Part shown: in pieces, positions 26,101-37,582 of the stretch
Position numbering within the stretch: the stretch's first letter is position 1
Layout of the letters: the number at the start of each line of letters is the position of its first letter
NCBI RefSeq assembly: GCF_964355755.1
Contig: NC_092674.1
Span: 30,566,001-30,630,000 of the forward strand
Length of the DNA stretch: 64,000 nt
Source: Antedon mediterranea
Lineage: Eukaryota; Animalia; Echinodermata
Reading direction: 5' to 3'
Program-made: the position numbers and the translations under genes
The notes under the pieces: model-generated
What the model saw: only the letters and a program-made list of their open reading frames with translations
Told to the model about the DNA's origin: nothing
The model's database searches: none

Positions 26101-26896
26101 GAAATACCTTCCCCAAATCAAAACGTTAAATCCTATCCAACATTTCCAAACTTTCCAGGTCCCTTTAAAACGCCAGGGTTGAGAACTCTCCAAAATACAA
26201 GGATTGAGAACTCCCCAAAACGCCCAGGGTCCAAAATACCCAGGGTCAACGACATGTTTGTGAAAGTTTACAAAATAAATTGTCCTTTGTATAATTATTG
26301 TTATATTTCATATAAAATCACCATTAAATGGCCTCGGTGGAAGTTAAGCCAACACAGATGTACTGCCCTTTTTATTGGTTTCTAAGATTAGTTTTATACA
26401 TGTCTTAATGGTAATTATCAACAGATGTTTTGAATACATAATTATTGCAATATTTTACAAGATCAGAAAAATTGATTATTGAAAGATAATTTTTCTTAGA
26501 TCGCTTACAAAATTCGGGCTCATGCGCGCGCACAGCATTGAACGTTTATATTGTTCGTGAAAGTTGTTGGCGTTTTGGAAACGCGTTTTTTGGTCGTAAT
26601 ATCTGTCATAAAAGAGGACTCACTCATTCATACGTACTTACCCTTTCTGATACTTCAAGTTGATTTTTAAGGTGTTGGATATCTAATTCATGTTCAAGCA
26701 TAACCTCTCTGATTTTAAAATATTCCAGAGTTACAGTTACAACAAAAGATGCGAAACATATTACCACGAAAATGTTAAATACCGTCTGGAAAGAAATTCT
26801 GCTTTTTTGTTGTTGCTTAGGTATAGATTCTGTTATTTTCTGAGGAGCAGACGACTTTTCAACCTTGACTTTCTTCTCAGTCGTAGTGCCCTTCAT
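17175..26896 (-). CDS. Type II transmembrane collagen B (MACIT-like architecture), ~514 aa, 14 coding exons
   Basis: Exons 26896-26642 (TM TVFNIFVVICFASFVVTVTL plus coiled-coil-like segment), 26028-25869 (RISKR, Pro/Lys-rich linker, CPSQ), 24591-24529, 21698-21627, 21386-21333, 21113-20490, 20333-20298, 20026-19982, 19771-19727, 19616-19572, 19449-19405, 19281-19237, 18969-18943, 17203-17175. All junctions are GT-AG, and the short collagen exons are phase 1-1 multiples of 9 nt. Sum 1545 nt. An in-frame upstream ATG exists at 26965. Confidence 0.85.
17322..17710. repeat. 42-46-bp tandem array (~9 units) made from the left end of MITE family A
   Basis: Unit aagcttggttccca(c/t)taggacgcaacgcaatgagagaaagta. 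It abuts a full MITE at 17710-17840. Confidence 0.9.
21460..21596. repeat. (ATC/ATT)n microsatellite in a collagen B intron
   Basis: Direct inspection. Confidence 0.9.
21854..22011. mobile_element. MITE family B copy
   Basis: gctctatctacaatatcaaac...gtttgatagtgtagacagaacttta. Confidence 0.75.
24751..25097. mobile_element. MITE family C (TIR ttaaagatgtattgtcccc)
   Basis: ttaaaaaatgtattgtcccc...ggggacaatacatctttcaa. A homologous copy in the opposite orientation lies at 56041-56366. Confidence 0.75.
25548..25680. repeat. (CAT/CAA)n degenerate microsatellite
   Basis: Direct inspection. Confidence 0.85.
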
Positions 26897-29800
26897 ACTG
26901 CAAATTAAAGGAAATTCAAATTCAGGAAAATTCAAATTCAGGAAATGGTGATCTAAAATTCTCATTAAACGATTACGAAATTCTGTGTTTTATTTGATAT
27001 AATATTTGAATATCTAGATTTTGTTGGTAAAGATTTAGCGTTTGAATTCCAGGGTCATTTAATGTTTTGTTCTGGCTACGTTCAAATCGCATGAACCCCG
27101 GCATGAACCTGTAGAATGTTGATATTGTTTAGGCCTAACTTGCTCACTATTTTATATAAAATGATGATAAGTGAGCTTCTGTTATAAATAATTCACTCAA
27201 TTACCCACAATATCCTGCTGAAATAAAAAAGCAAAAAGGAATTCATCTGTATTTAATTGATTTAATAATAAACAAACTAAGATATAGCTTCTTCTTTCAA
27301 TTGAAAGATTCCATTAGTACCTTTCAACAGAAAGAGAGATATACTCTGCTTAAATAAGCTTAAAATAAAGTTAGACTGAAAAAAACCAACTGAAACAAAA
27401 ACTTAACGCGTATAACGATGTCTAAATATTTGTAACAAAATTTGAGATAAAATTACTGAAATTGTTTATCTTTTCTAGGCTACTTTCATTTTGCGGCTTA
27501 TACGTCGGTATTTCAATATCGATACAATCGAGTTTATAATTTATTTTTTCTTTATTTGCTATAAAACATCCCTCTATACCCTCCATGCTTCTTCTCATTG
27601 CAATCTGGTAAACTTAAGAACTTATTACGGCCATAAATTGCCAAAAGTTTCCAAAATTGTTATTGAAATATTTGGCATATTTCGTCATTTTCGTTGATTT
27701 AAATCTTTTTCTTTTACATGTTTTAGAAAATAAAATAAAACATCATGTTTTTTTTCAATATGGTCCTGCCACAACACAACGTAGTATCAAATGCGTACGG
27801 AATAGAGTGGATTCACTTTTGTTGCAAAGTTGTTTCTTTGCAAAGATATATTTAAAGACTACCTTACTTAATTTTTAACTTGATTTTTATCTTACTATTT
27901 TTAACAACCCATTATCATAAGATAAAGGTTTATAAATTAAATAGAGGGGAATAAACACCAACACTATTAATGGATTGATGTTCGAATCCAGATGTTACTT
28001 GGAAGTCAACAACTTCCTATCCATCAGAACATTGCTACGACACATCCCCTTAACAGCTAAGAGAATATGGAAAGAGCAACTTAAAATGAAGTGCTTGAAA
28101 CGGAACCGCCTATAGTTGATGTGTACATCCTCAAACATTTGCCTATGGGAGTTAATGTGAAGACAAACATTCTGCAACTTGAACTTTCATGTTTCAAACC
28201 ATCAGCCGGTTTTAATTTGAGGGTTGTCTAAGAAACCCTAATCTCTGATGGGAAGTCGTCGAAATGAAGAGAGGAAATTGAGAATGTGTTGTGCGTCTTT
28301 TCCTGATGGAATAGGAATCTGGCACGCGTACAGATTGGAGTATAAAATGTTGTTAAACAACTCACTATGGAACGCCAAAAAGGCGCCTCATATTCGTCTA
28401 ATGCATGAGAACCAGAATTACAAATACGGAAGAACGTTTGCAAAGTAAAGGCGGTCAAATTGTATGCACAGTGTCTTTGAAATTACTTATCATTGTGTTA
28501 TTTGAAAGAAGAAAGTTGGAAACAACCTTGCGTTCTAATCTGTTCCCACTAGGCGAATCTATTCTAATACGTACGTTCATTTACTTTTATTAATCGATTG
28601 TCTTAACCAATCACAACAATCGCACGAAAATATTCGCCTGGTGCAAAAAACAGAATTGTTATTTATGTTTTTTATAATAGAAGAAATCAAAAGCATACTA
28701 ATCATAATCATAACCGTCCATGACAAAATCTGCCATATTTTTATTCCAGAGGCGAAACGTGTAGATTATAAACACAGTCCTACAATTTCCGATCTTGGCT
28801 TGTGATTGACACATACAATTCCCATGAGTTTATTAGGGTATGTTCTGTCTAACAAAAGAGAAACTTTGCCCACAAACAGCCTGGTGGAAAATCAGACCGT
28901 TTAAGGTATTTTCTCTTTCTGTCTGATATTGCCCGTTATGAATACAAATTATTAAAATGAAAAAAATTTGATCGATTTTAACTCGTCGAATCGCATTTTT
29001 TAAGTTCATAATAGTTAGATAATATGTTATAATAACTATAAATCGATTTTGAATCGTCGAATCGCATTTCTTAAGTTCACATTAGTTAGATATGGTGGAT
29101 ATGTTATACTTATGCTTTTTTAAATTGATTTAACCAACGTGACCCTGTGGGAACTTGAACCCAACAAAATAAAAGTTAACATTGAATGAGTAATGTAGCA
29201 GCAGCGTTGCCGACTTAAGTAACATTATGCAGAGCATATAAGAAAAAAAAGTATTTTGTTCGTTTTGCTGCAGATTCTTAATAAATTATTATTGTGAATT
29301 TAGGCGATTATTGCACTGAAATTGATCACTAATTTATAATTGTAACACTTTATTTCACATAGGAAAACACAAGGAAATTGATATTATGTTCTTATTTAAC
29401 ACTTTGAATGTTCATGAATCCATGTGGACACAAGATTAACAAGGTTCCTTTCCGGCGGTCAAATTGTCATTTTACGTGCCCGCATTAAGATAATGACATA
29501 TTCATATTATATGTATATGTAACCAGGGAAGAGTGAAATTATAATAATAATTGTAATTTCATTCTTCCTTGCTATGAAATGTTTAAATATTGCATTAAAT
29601 GCAACATATCATGTGATTTATGTACTTTTATATCACATTTAATGCTATTTTGTTTTGCCTTGTTTTTGTTTCACATTTTTTAAACAAAACCTGGGAATGT
29701 TTTGCCTAAAGCTGCACCGTATCAGCAAAAACACAATGTTCTTGCGCAAGTTTTTTTAATCAGTTACGAATAATAATGCATATTCAAGCATAAAGCAAGT

Positions 29801-30647
29801 CCTGTACAAACACATACAAGGAAAGAAAAAGGAATAATCTGCTGCTTTAGTTTTAAAGCTAGGCCTGCAGCCTCTACTTGAACTTTCTGCTATGTTACGT
29901 TTTTTTTATTTATTATTCATTTCCGTAACAGTTCTAACTGCGCTTAATCGCAACTATGAGTAATTTTAAAACATACTGGTATTTCTACTGGTATTTCTAA
30001 ATGCAAATTAATAAAAACTAACTAATGTGATATTATTATGATTGGGCGATTTAATTGCAAGAAAGCATCGTGTAACACAGATATAACCTAGTATACATTT
30101 ACACATTTCTAAATACTTTATTCCATAAACCTAATCATTATATAATTAGAACAAAAACATTGGACCTACCTGGTAATAATAAAAGGCAGACAACTTTAAC
30201 AAAAAACGTGCCGATCCTCTGACGTATCCCTTCCAGGAGTAAATTGTTGTTACTTTGTTTCTAGAACACAGACATCCAACTTTGTTTCTGGTCATTTATT
30301 GGTGGAATCTCTCGTCCAATCAGAAAGCGGTATGAAGTTTTTTTTTGGTCTCGGTTATTCTAAAGCTCTGTTTTAAATTAAAGACTTAGTAGTTTTAAAT
30401 ATATACAATTTATTATTTATTATGAACACATGTATTTTTGGATATAGTCATTATTATCATATTTTCTAATTAGTATGCAAATGAAGTCGGTTGCATCATA
30501 ACGAAAACTATAATAATGCATTAATTCCTTAATAGTTCTATACTGTATAGAAGGTTGCATTTATACCCCAACCAGCTTACCTGCGAAGGGTTTATCAAGG
30601 AATATATTGTCTTAGTTACATTTTGACAGACCAAATTAGTAACTGAC

Positions 30648-30696
30648 CTGACTGACAGTTTTAGTGCTCATTTCACGAGCACTTTCTTCAGAGTGA
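30648..30696 (-). ncRNA. Degenerate minimal hammerhead ribozyme motif (Penelope-type)
   Basis: act-CTGAAGA-a-AGTGCTC-gtgaaat-GAGCACT-aAAA-ctg-TC-agt. Stem II is a perfect 7 bp, but the GAAA box reads AAAA. Confidence 0.45.
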
Positions 30697-32771
30697 CGAC
30701 TATATATTGTTAGGCTATAAAGGTTTACAAACAATCAAACATAGATGATACAGGCGTGGCAGACAGTACGCAGCACGTTATAAACGTATTTTTAACAGAT
30801 TAATCCAGATAAAGCCATGTAGTTCCAAACGTATGTTATTCTGTATTTTGCACACAGAAAAATAATATTTTAGTAGGAAAATGATCTGTAGTGATAATTT
30901 AAAGATTTCCTGTAGATGACAGTTAAAGTATTTCAATATCATCTTTTTAGCTGCCTTCTTGCTGTAGCGCCTAAGACAGGAAATACTGACTGAGAATAAA
31001 CACGAATGTTATTACGAATGAAAAAAAAATAATTCTAGGCCTAAAAAACAAAAATACAAAAACAACTGGGGGAATAGTTTTTAAACGTTTAAATTCTAGA
31101 TAGTGGCCGCTATAAATGTCCTATGGAATAGGCCTAATTAATTTCATGAACTATTCATGACTTCTGCTTGAGAACGATAGGGAAATCATGTTATGAATTT
31201 TTATTATTGATTTATAATAAACTGGTAAACATTTTTAGTTATTATTATGAAGGAAATAAATCGAATTTATTTCATAATAATTTTCATTATGAACAATCAC
31301 ACGTTTCACACAATTATATCAGTATAACCGTAGACATTATTAATTAATAAACGGTGTCTACTATCAAAAAATGAAAACATTTTTTTTTCAAGCTAAATTT
31401 TGCAATGCTCCAAACGGCGGCAATATTTATAGATATTATATAGGCCAAGTAGGCATGTAGTTATATTCTAATTAGACCAGCGCATCAAGCAGAGCGCATA
31501 AGACATTACAAAAATATAGCAGCCCTTTTGTTAGCAATAAATTACTCTTAATTCTAACTAAATTATGTACATTGGTGACCTGCCTTGTGTCTGCAATCAA
31601 GTTTCACTTTTCTGATTTGATAATCATCATGTCATTGTTCTACCTGCGACGGTCCTGCGTACCTTTTTGTTTGTTTCGATTCCAATAAGTATTTTTAGAG
31701 AAAGAAATAAATTAAATTAAAAATTCTGGAATACTAGGTTTAACAATTCTCTGTAGATCGAGTTTGAAATTATCAGGTGCATATTAGTATTTCCTAGTAG
31801 AAAAAGTTAAAGAAACATGACGTCATTTCCTTGTATAACACGTGAGGAAATTCAATTGTCGTCTGCGAGATTATGGAGTACGACCTCAGAATAAGTCCCA
31901 GACGACTCCTTGACGTACAGCCTATAACAATTAAAATATGGATTTGGTATCTTTTTAATGACTCATTTTAACTAGTTTGTCTAGTAAACTTTGGTAGCAG
32001 GTCGTGACCTTTTTTTAACGTATATCGGATCATATAGATAACACAGTACAGTATATTGATCGTCGAATTATGAGGCCCTGCTGTAGATCTGCAATTCTGT
32101 GGACCACGCCTATCTCAGCGTGAATTTGTGGATGTTCCATGGACAACATTTTGAGAATGTTGAAAGCGTCTTGAGAAAAACCAGCCTTTAGACACTATTC
32201 CAATAGATATTAGGCCTACCTATGTCAAAGCCTAAATGATCATTTCTAAAATTGTATTTTTACGTCAAGAACGACAGGATTCGTTATAAGGTTTTCGGGC
32301 ATTGACACATGGTAGCAATGATGGTTTGTTAGGACTAATCCATCGGGTTGTTGAACTTACTTTCTCGCTTACATTAGTCCAGATGACCTTAACACAATCA
32401 GCTTTGGGATTAGCTAACCGGGTTAATAATCCCAACTTATCCTCGGACCTCCCAAGTGCCTGACTTTTCCAAGTTTTCTTCCGATTTTTTTATTATGGAA
32501 TATTTAAATTTCAGCGGTTTACAAATGGACAATCTCACAATTTGGAAGCTTTAATTTTCGTTTCAGAAATGTTAGTTTATTGAGAAAATTAGTAGCGAGG
32601 AAGGAACACGGAGATTGTTCAACAACACACACTCTTACACTGTATTCCTATTCTATTTGGAAAATCATTCTACAAGAAACAATCCATTTATTAGCTTATT
32701 TGGAAAAAATGACGAAGATAGTAAATATATCATACCCCGGGGTAACGTGTTAATTGAAGTGGACTGGGAAT

Positions 32772-33042
32772 TTGAAAAAAACAATACAGGACTATGTAAA
32801 TACTTCACTCCGAATTCAGTACGGTGGCTCGAGCTTAAGTTATACTTCTTTAAAACGGCTTGGGTGCCTGTTTTATTGGGTTGGATTTATACAAGCACAT
32901 CCAAAGCTGTTACACTTAGCCTTTGGATGTGCTTGTATAAATTTAACCCAATAAAACAAGCACCCAAGCCGTTTTAAAATGTGATTAGCCACCGTAGTGA
33001 ATTCGGAGTGGAGTATTTACATAGTCCTGTATTGTTTTTTCA
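32772..33042. mobile_element. ~270-bp palindromic foldback element or MITE
   Basis: Arms aaaaaacaatacaggactatgtaaatacttcactccgaattca...tgaattcggagtggagtatttacatagtcctgtattgtttttt. The inner arms are also complementary around a ~11-nt loop at ~32908-32918. Confidence 0.8.
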
Positions 33043-33999
33043 GATACCATTTGATAAATATGTAATAAAGTTGTATTTTGTATCATTTTGCTATGCTACA
33101 TTGGCAAAAATATTCCCCGACTGTTGGTTTATGATACATTAATGTTACCTTAACGATATTAAGTTGTTGTTTCAACATTAATGTTTTGAAGAAGTACATA
33201 ATTGAAGGAAACCCCGTTTATTTTGTATTGAAGTGTGTGGTTTTGTTTGATTAAATAGGAATAATTGTAATTTCCCCACTTTACCTGTCTCGTGCAACAG
33301 TCGTATGTTTATGTATAATCCCATTAGACCACTCGAGGTATAATACTGTACCTCTATGATTAGGCATAGTACCAATTAAGGGGAAATGTGTTAAGAACTA
33401 TTAACTTCGATTCTTACATTACTAAATTAATATCGAGAATGTTGTAACATAGGTATTATAACTAACGCTAAGGATTTATATCAATATATTATAATACAGT
33501 AAGGATGCCTATATCAATAAAGCATTCCAGTAACTCAGAACTTTGATTTGAAAAGTACACAAATAAAATAAACAGTTTCTAACTATTATAATTTTATTTT
33601 TAAAAGGTTGCCTTATGATGACGTGGATAGTAATATGTGATTTAACAAGTCTGGAAAAAGAAAATTTTTAAAGGCTAAAAAACTACATGGGCGTGATGTA
33701 GTTGACAGTAAAAATAGATGTCTTATAATAAGTAGTAGAACTATCTAATTTGATCTTATTAGTAAAGATGATAGATATACAGTAGTAAGTACGTCAATTA
33801 AAGTGTAAGCCAACCGCAAATTGAATGAGACAAGGCGGATCACGTACACAGCAGAAGCACGTCAAACACGAGTATTTCACGTAACGTTTCTGCATACATT
33901 TCTACTATTCTAGACATCCTTCTACAAGTAAATAACAATAGCATTCTAGAATTCGTAACTTTTACAAATGGAGTATGATCGCACGTTTTCTATTGTGGT

Positions 34000-34375
34000 A
34001 CCAACCAACCGTCATACACTCGCGCCGCGCTCTATTTGAGGATGCGCACGTACTAATAGTCACCACCCCCGCCGTGTTTTAGAGATTAACGTACGCACGT
34101 TTCGCATTTACCGGCCGTCGTGTACTCGACCGATTTAGAGAGTGCGCACGTTTCATATAGTTACCGGCCGTCGTGTACTCGCTAGCGTTTGAGGGTGCGC
34201 GTGTTTCATATAGTCCTGTACTTATTTCCGGACGGACGGCCATACTCTCGCGCCGTTTAAGGGGGTGCGCACGTTTTATACAATTACCGGCCGTCGTGTC
34301 TCGAGCACTCCAATAATCGACCTGCCGTCGTACTCGTTTTATATTTTCCGACCGTCACACTTTGCCGTTTCGAAT
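34000..34375. repeat. CpG-rich degenerate tandem repeat (~55-65 bp unit)
   Basis: Recurring gtgcgcacgttt..ttaccggccgtcgtgtactcg. Confidence 0.7.
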
Positions 34376-34526
34376 GCTGGTTACCACCCTTCTATTTTGC
34401 AAATTGCATATATTACAGTTAAGTTCAACAACCCCAATCCCCCCCCCCCCCCCACCAACCCCAATTCTACACCTTCTTGTATTATAGTGTTTTTCGTCCC
34501 TTTTTCATTGATCTAGTCGATCATTT

Positions 34527-34592
34527 AATAATAATAATAATAATAACAGGATTGTTATAGCGCACATACCACTCAAGAGTGCTCAAGGCGCA
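34527..34592 (-). mobile_element. LINE/SINE 3' tail with (TTA)n
   Basis: gcgccttgagcactc..gtggtatgtgcgctata..aatcctgttattattatt. A near-identical copy lies at 52440-52492. Confidence 0.6.
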
Positions 34593-34813
34593 CTTAGTTA
34601 TTTAGTTATGATTTGATCTCCTTTTTTTAATTAAAATGCAAATATTTTTTTTATTTATATCTACATTAATCAATGCCATGTTTTTAATATATTGATAATT
34701 GAACATACTGTATTAATACTTTAACGTTTTTAAGTGCCAATACTGTATGTACAGGTTATACAATGGTTCTCACTGTATGGGGTTAGTACTTTGGCTTTCA
34801 AGTAACAGTAAGA

Positions 34814-34970
34814 GAATTATTTGAATTCTGTTAGATGATCTCATGTTATAATCTCGAATTATTTGAATTCTGTTAGATGATCTCATGTTATAATCTCGAA
34901 TTATTTGAATTCTGTTAGATGATCTCATGTTATAATCTCGAATTATTTGAATTCTGTTAGATGATCTGAT
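34814..34970. repeat. 42-bp tandem repeat, ~3.7 copies
   Basis: gaattatttgaattctgttagatgatctcatgttataatctc. Confidence 0.95.
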
Positions 34971-35149
34971 GTAATTTGTCATGATGTCTCCATATCTTCT
35001 TCTTGATTTCTTTTGTAGTTTTCTACACTGGTCTAAAAAATTGAAAAAATGTAAAACTTCATTATGGCAAAAATAAACAAATTTCGCCATTTTCCTAATT
35101 ATTAAAATCTCACTTTTGAAAAAACAATCTGTAAGAAGATAGGAAAATG

Positions 35150-35402
35150 CACACAGATATATTAGTAACAAACTATAACACCATACCTCATATGTGGATA
35201 AAACGTGTTCACACAGATATATTAGTAAAACAAACTATAACACCATACCTCATATGTGGATAAAACGTGTTCACACAGATATATTAGTAACAAACTATAA
35301 CACCATACCTCATATGTGGATAAAACGTGTTCACACAGATATATTAGTAAAACAAACTATAACACCATACCTCATATGTGGATAAAACGTGTTCACACAG
35401 AG
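35150..35402. repeat. 60-62-bp tandem repeat, ~4 copies
   Basis: cacacagatatattagtaa(aa)caaactataacaccatacctcatatgtggataaaacgtgtt. Confidence 0.95.
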
Positions 35403-37582
35403 ATGATAAATCTTGTAGACCTTTTCGAAGAACATCAGAAGTACTTGCTCCTAAAAAACCATAAAGTAGAAAAAAGAGTATGTGTAATTATTTATTTTAT
35501 ATAAGTTAAGCATTGCTCCCATTGGTCCCATACTTCACTGAATGTACTCTGTTCTTTTTATATGTTAAGTCTTTTCCTTTCTTTGTATGTACATTTTTGG
35601 TGAGAATTTGAATAAATAAGAATAAATTTAAATAAAAATAAACCTTTTAAAATATTATTAAACATTTGTTGGCGATGTTTTGGCAGCAACAGTAACTATG
35701 TGTAGGAGTTACGTTTTCTGAGAATCTTTAATTTGGTTTGACAACAGAATTGTTAAACTCAGACATTATAATTAATGATTTTTTATAGTATATAAACATA
35801 ACTCCAAAGTAAGCATGTACTTTGTAGCTAGCCATGTATAAACTGTGGTGGCAGCAAACAACTTTAAAAAAAAAATGAATTTAAATTAATTAGTCTGGTC
35901 CGTGAGTTTGATTCATTTTTTTGTCACATAAAGTAGTTTGATAGTGTGGACAGAGCTTTACCCTTCGTTTGTATCCTCAGATTAATCTTATTTTCTGTTG
36001 GATGAGGAATGCAATATCCACAAAAATCAACATCTGGGCTAAAATGAAAAAAAAAATTATTCATTATTTTGTTAATGTCAATAATAATTTTGCTATATTT
36101 GAAATTGAATAATATGTTTTCATGGAAATACCACATAAATTATTATGTTGTCTAATTTTTAAGTGCATACTTTTTCATGATCATGTATCGAAGAGAGTTT
36201 CCAAGTGTGTGGTCCTCACCACGCATGACATAAGTTGCACACGTCTCATCCTCAATGTCTTTAGCTTGAACCTTTTTAAAAAAAGAATGAATTTTAAATA
36301 TAAATAAAGCAATTTATAACAACATTTTGATTGATTTATATAAAAACATAGTTTATTTACAAAAAAATATTTAAAGCCAGACCCATTTACCACTGACAGT
36401 ACTATTGGCCTAAATTTACTAAAATTATGTGATGATGTACTACTTCGTATATCTAACTACTGTAATATAATTTAATGGTTTTCGACAAGGGACGAAACGG
36501 CCCTACAACTGCGCCAACTAGCTAAATGTATCACTTGCTGCAGCAGCAGTAATAACAACAACCCACACCGCCGCAGGACAACTTGGCCTAGCTTGGCCCA
36601 ATGTTTTATTTGTGAAATACTGTCCTTCTAAATTAGTAAATGACTGCTAGAAAACTACATATACTCTTACAACTTCTAGTCGTCTTGTTTTTCCATCTAA
36701 ACCTTCATTTTGACTGTTTGCCATTTCTAAAAATTAATCGGACAAAAAAAAAAAACACGTGTGGTGGACGACGGACGTGCGTATTTAATTTATGAATATT
36801 CATTATGACCTTTTGACGAGAGATGACGACATGGGTCATCATCATGTGACAATACAAAATTTCAACACGGAATTTACGTAGGCCTCCTAGCAGTAGTTGT
36901 GAGTTTTCGAGACAATATTTGTAATGTTTTTGTGATGATATAAGTTTCAAGAACCATTTCAGGTAGGTTGGTACATTTTGTTATTTTCTACACTATTTAA
37001 TTGAATTATTAAAACAAGAAAACTGAGTTTGCTTGGTAGCATAAACCCTACACTTCCTGGCTATATATGGCCTACTAGTACTAGTACGTAACTAGGCCTA
37101 GCCTAGTAGCTAGGCGGCCTACCTAGCCTAGCTAGCTAATCCTGTACGTAGTGTGGGCCAAGGCCTAGTAGTTTTAGAGGAGGCCTACCTAGGGGCCTAC
37201 TGCTCTCTCGAGTTAGTAAGCAGTCTGTAGCATAGCCTAGACCTACTACTAGGTAGGCCTATCCTAGGAAAATTAAACTGCAATTAAATTTTAATAATAA
37301 TAATTAATCAACACAGCTGCGAAGCATGCATGCAGAGTAGAATAGGGCTTATTATTAAGCCTAAAATGTTATTAAGGAATGTTAAATAAGTTAATAATAA
37401 ATATAGGTATCTTGTTTCAAATTAATTAATTAAATTTCAGTATATCACCGGGCGGTTTAGAATTAATAATAATATTCTGTGCCTGATGTGTTAATGATAA
37501 AAATATATGATATTTTACAATGTAATTTATATTGTTAACAATTTCATTAACCTACTCATTAACTAACAAATGAATTTACAGA

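Noticed and set aside
27960-28460. Higher-complexity stretch with short ORFs upstream of collagen B
   Set aside because: No recognisable domain or splice-consistent exon. It may be a decayed TE but cannot be assigned without a search.
32265-32485. ~70-codon ATG-less open frame on the minus strand
   Set aside because: No recognisable motif and no convincing splice sites.
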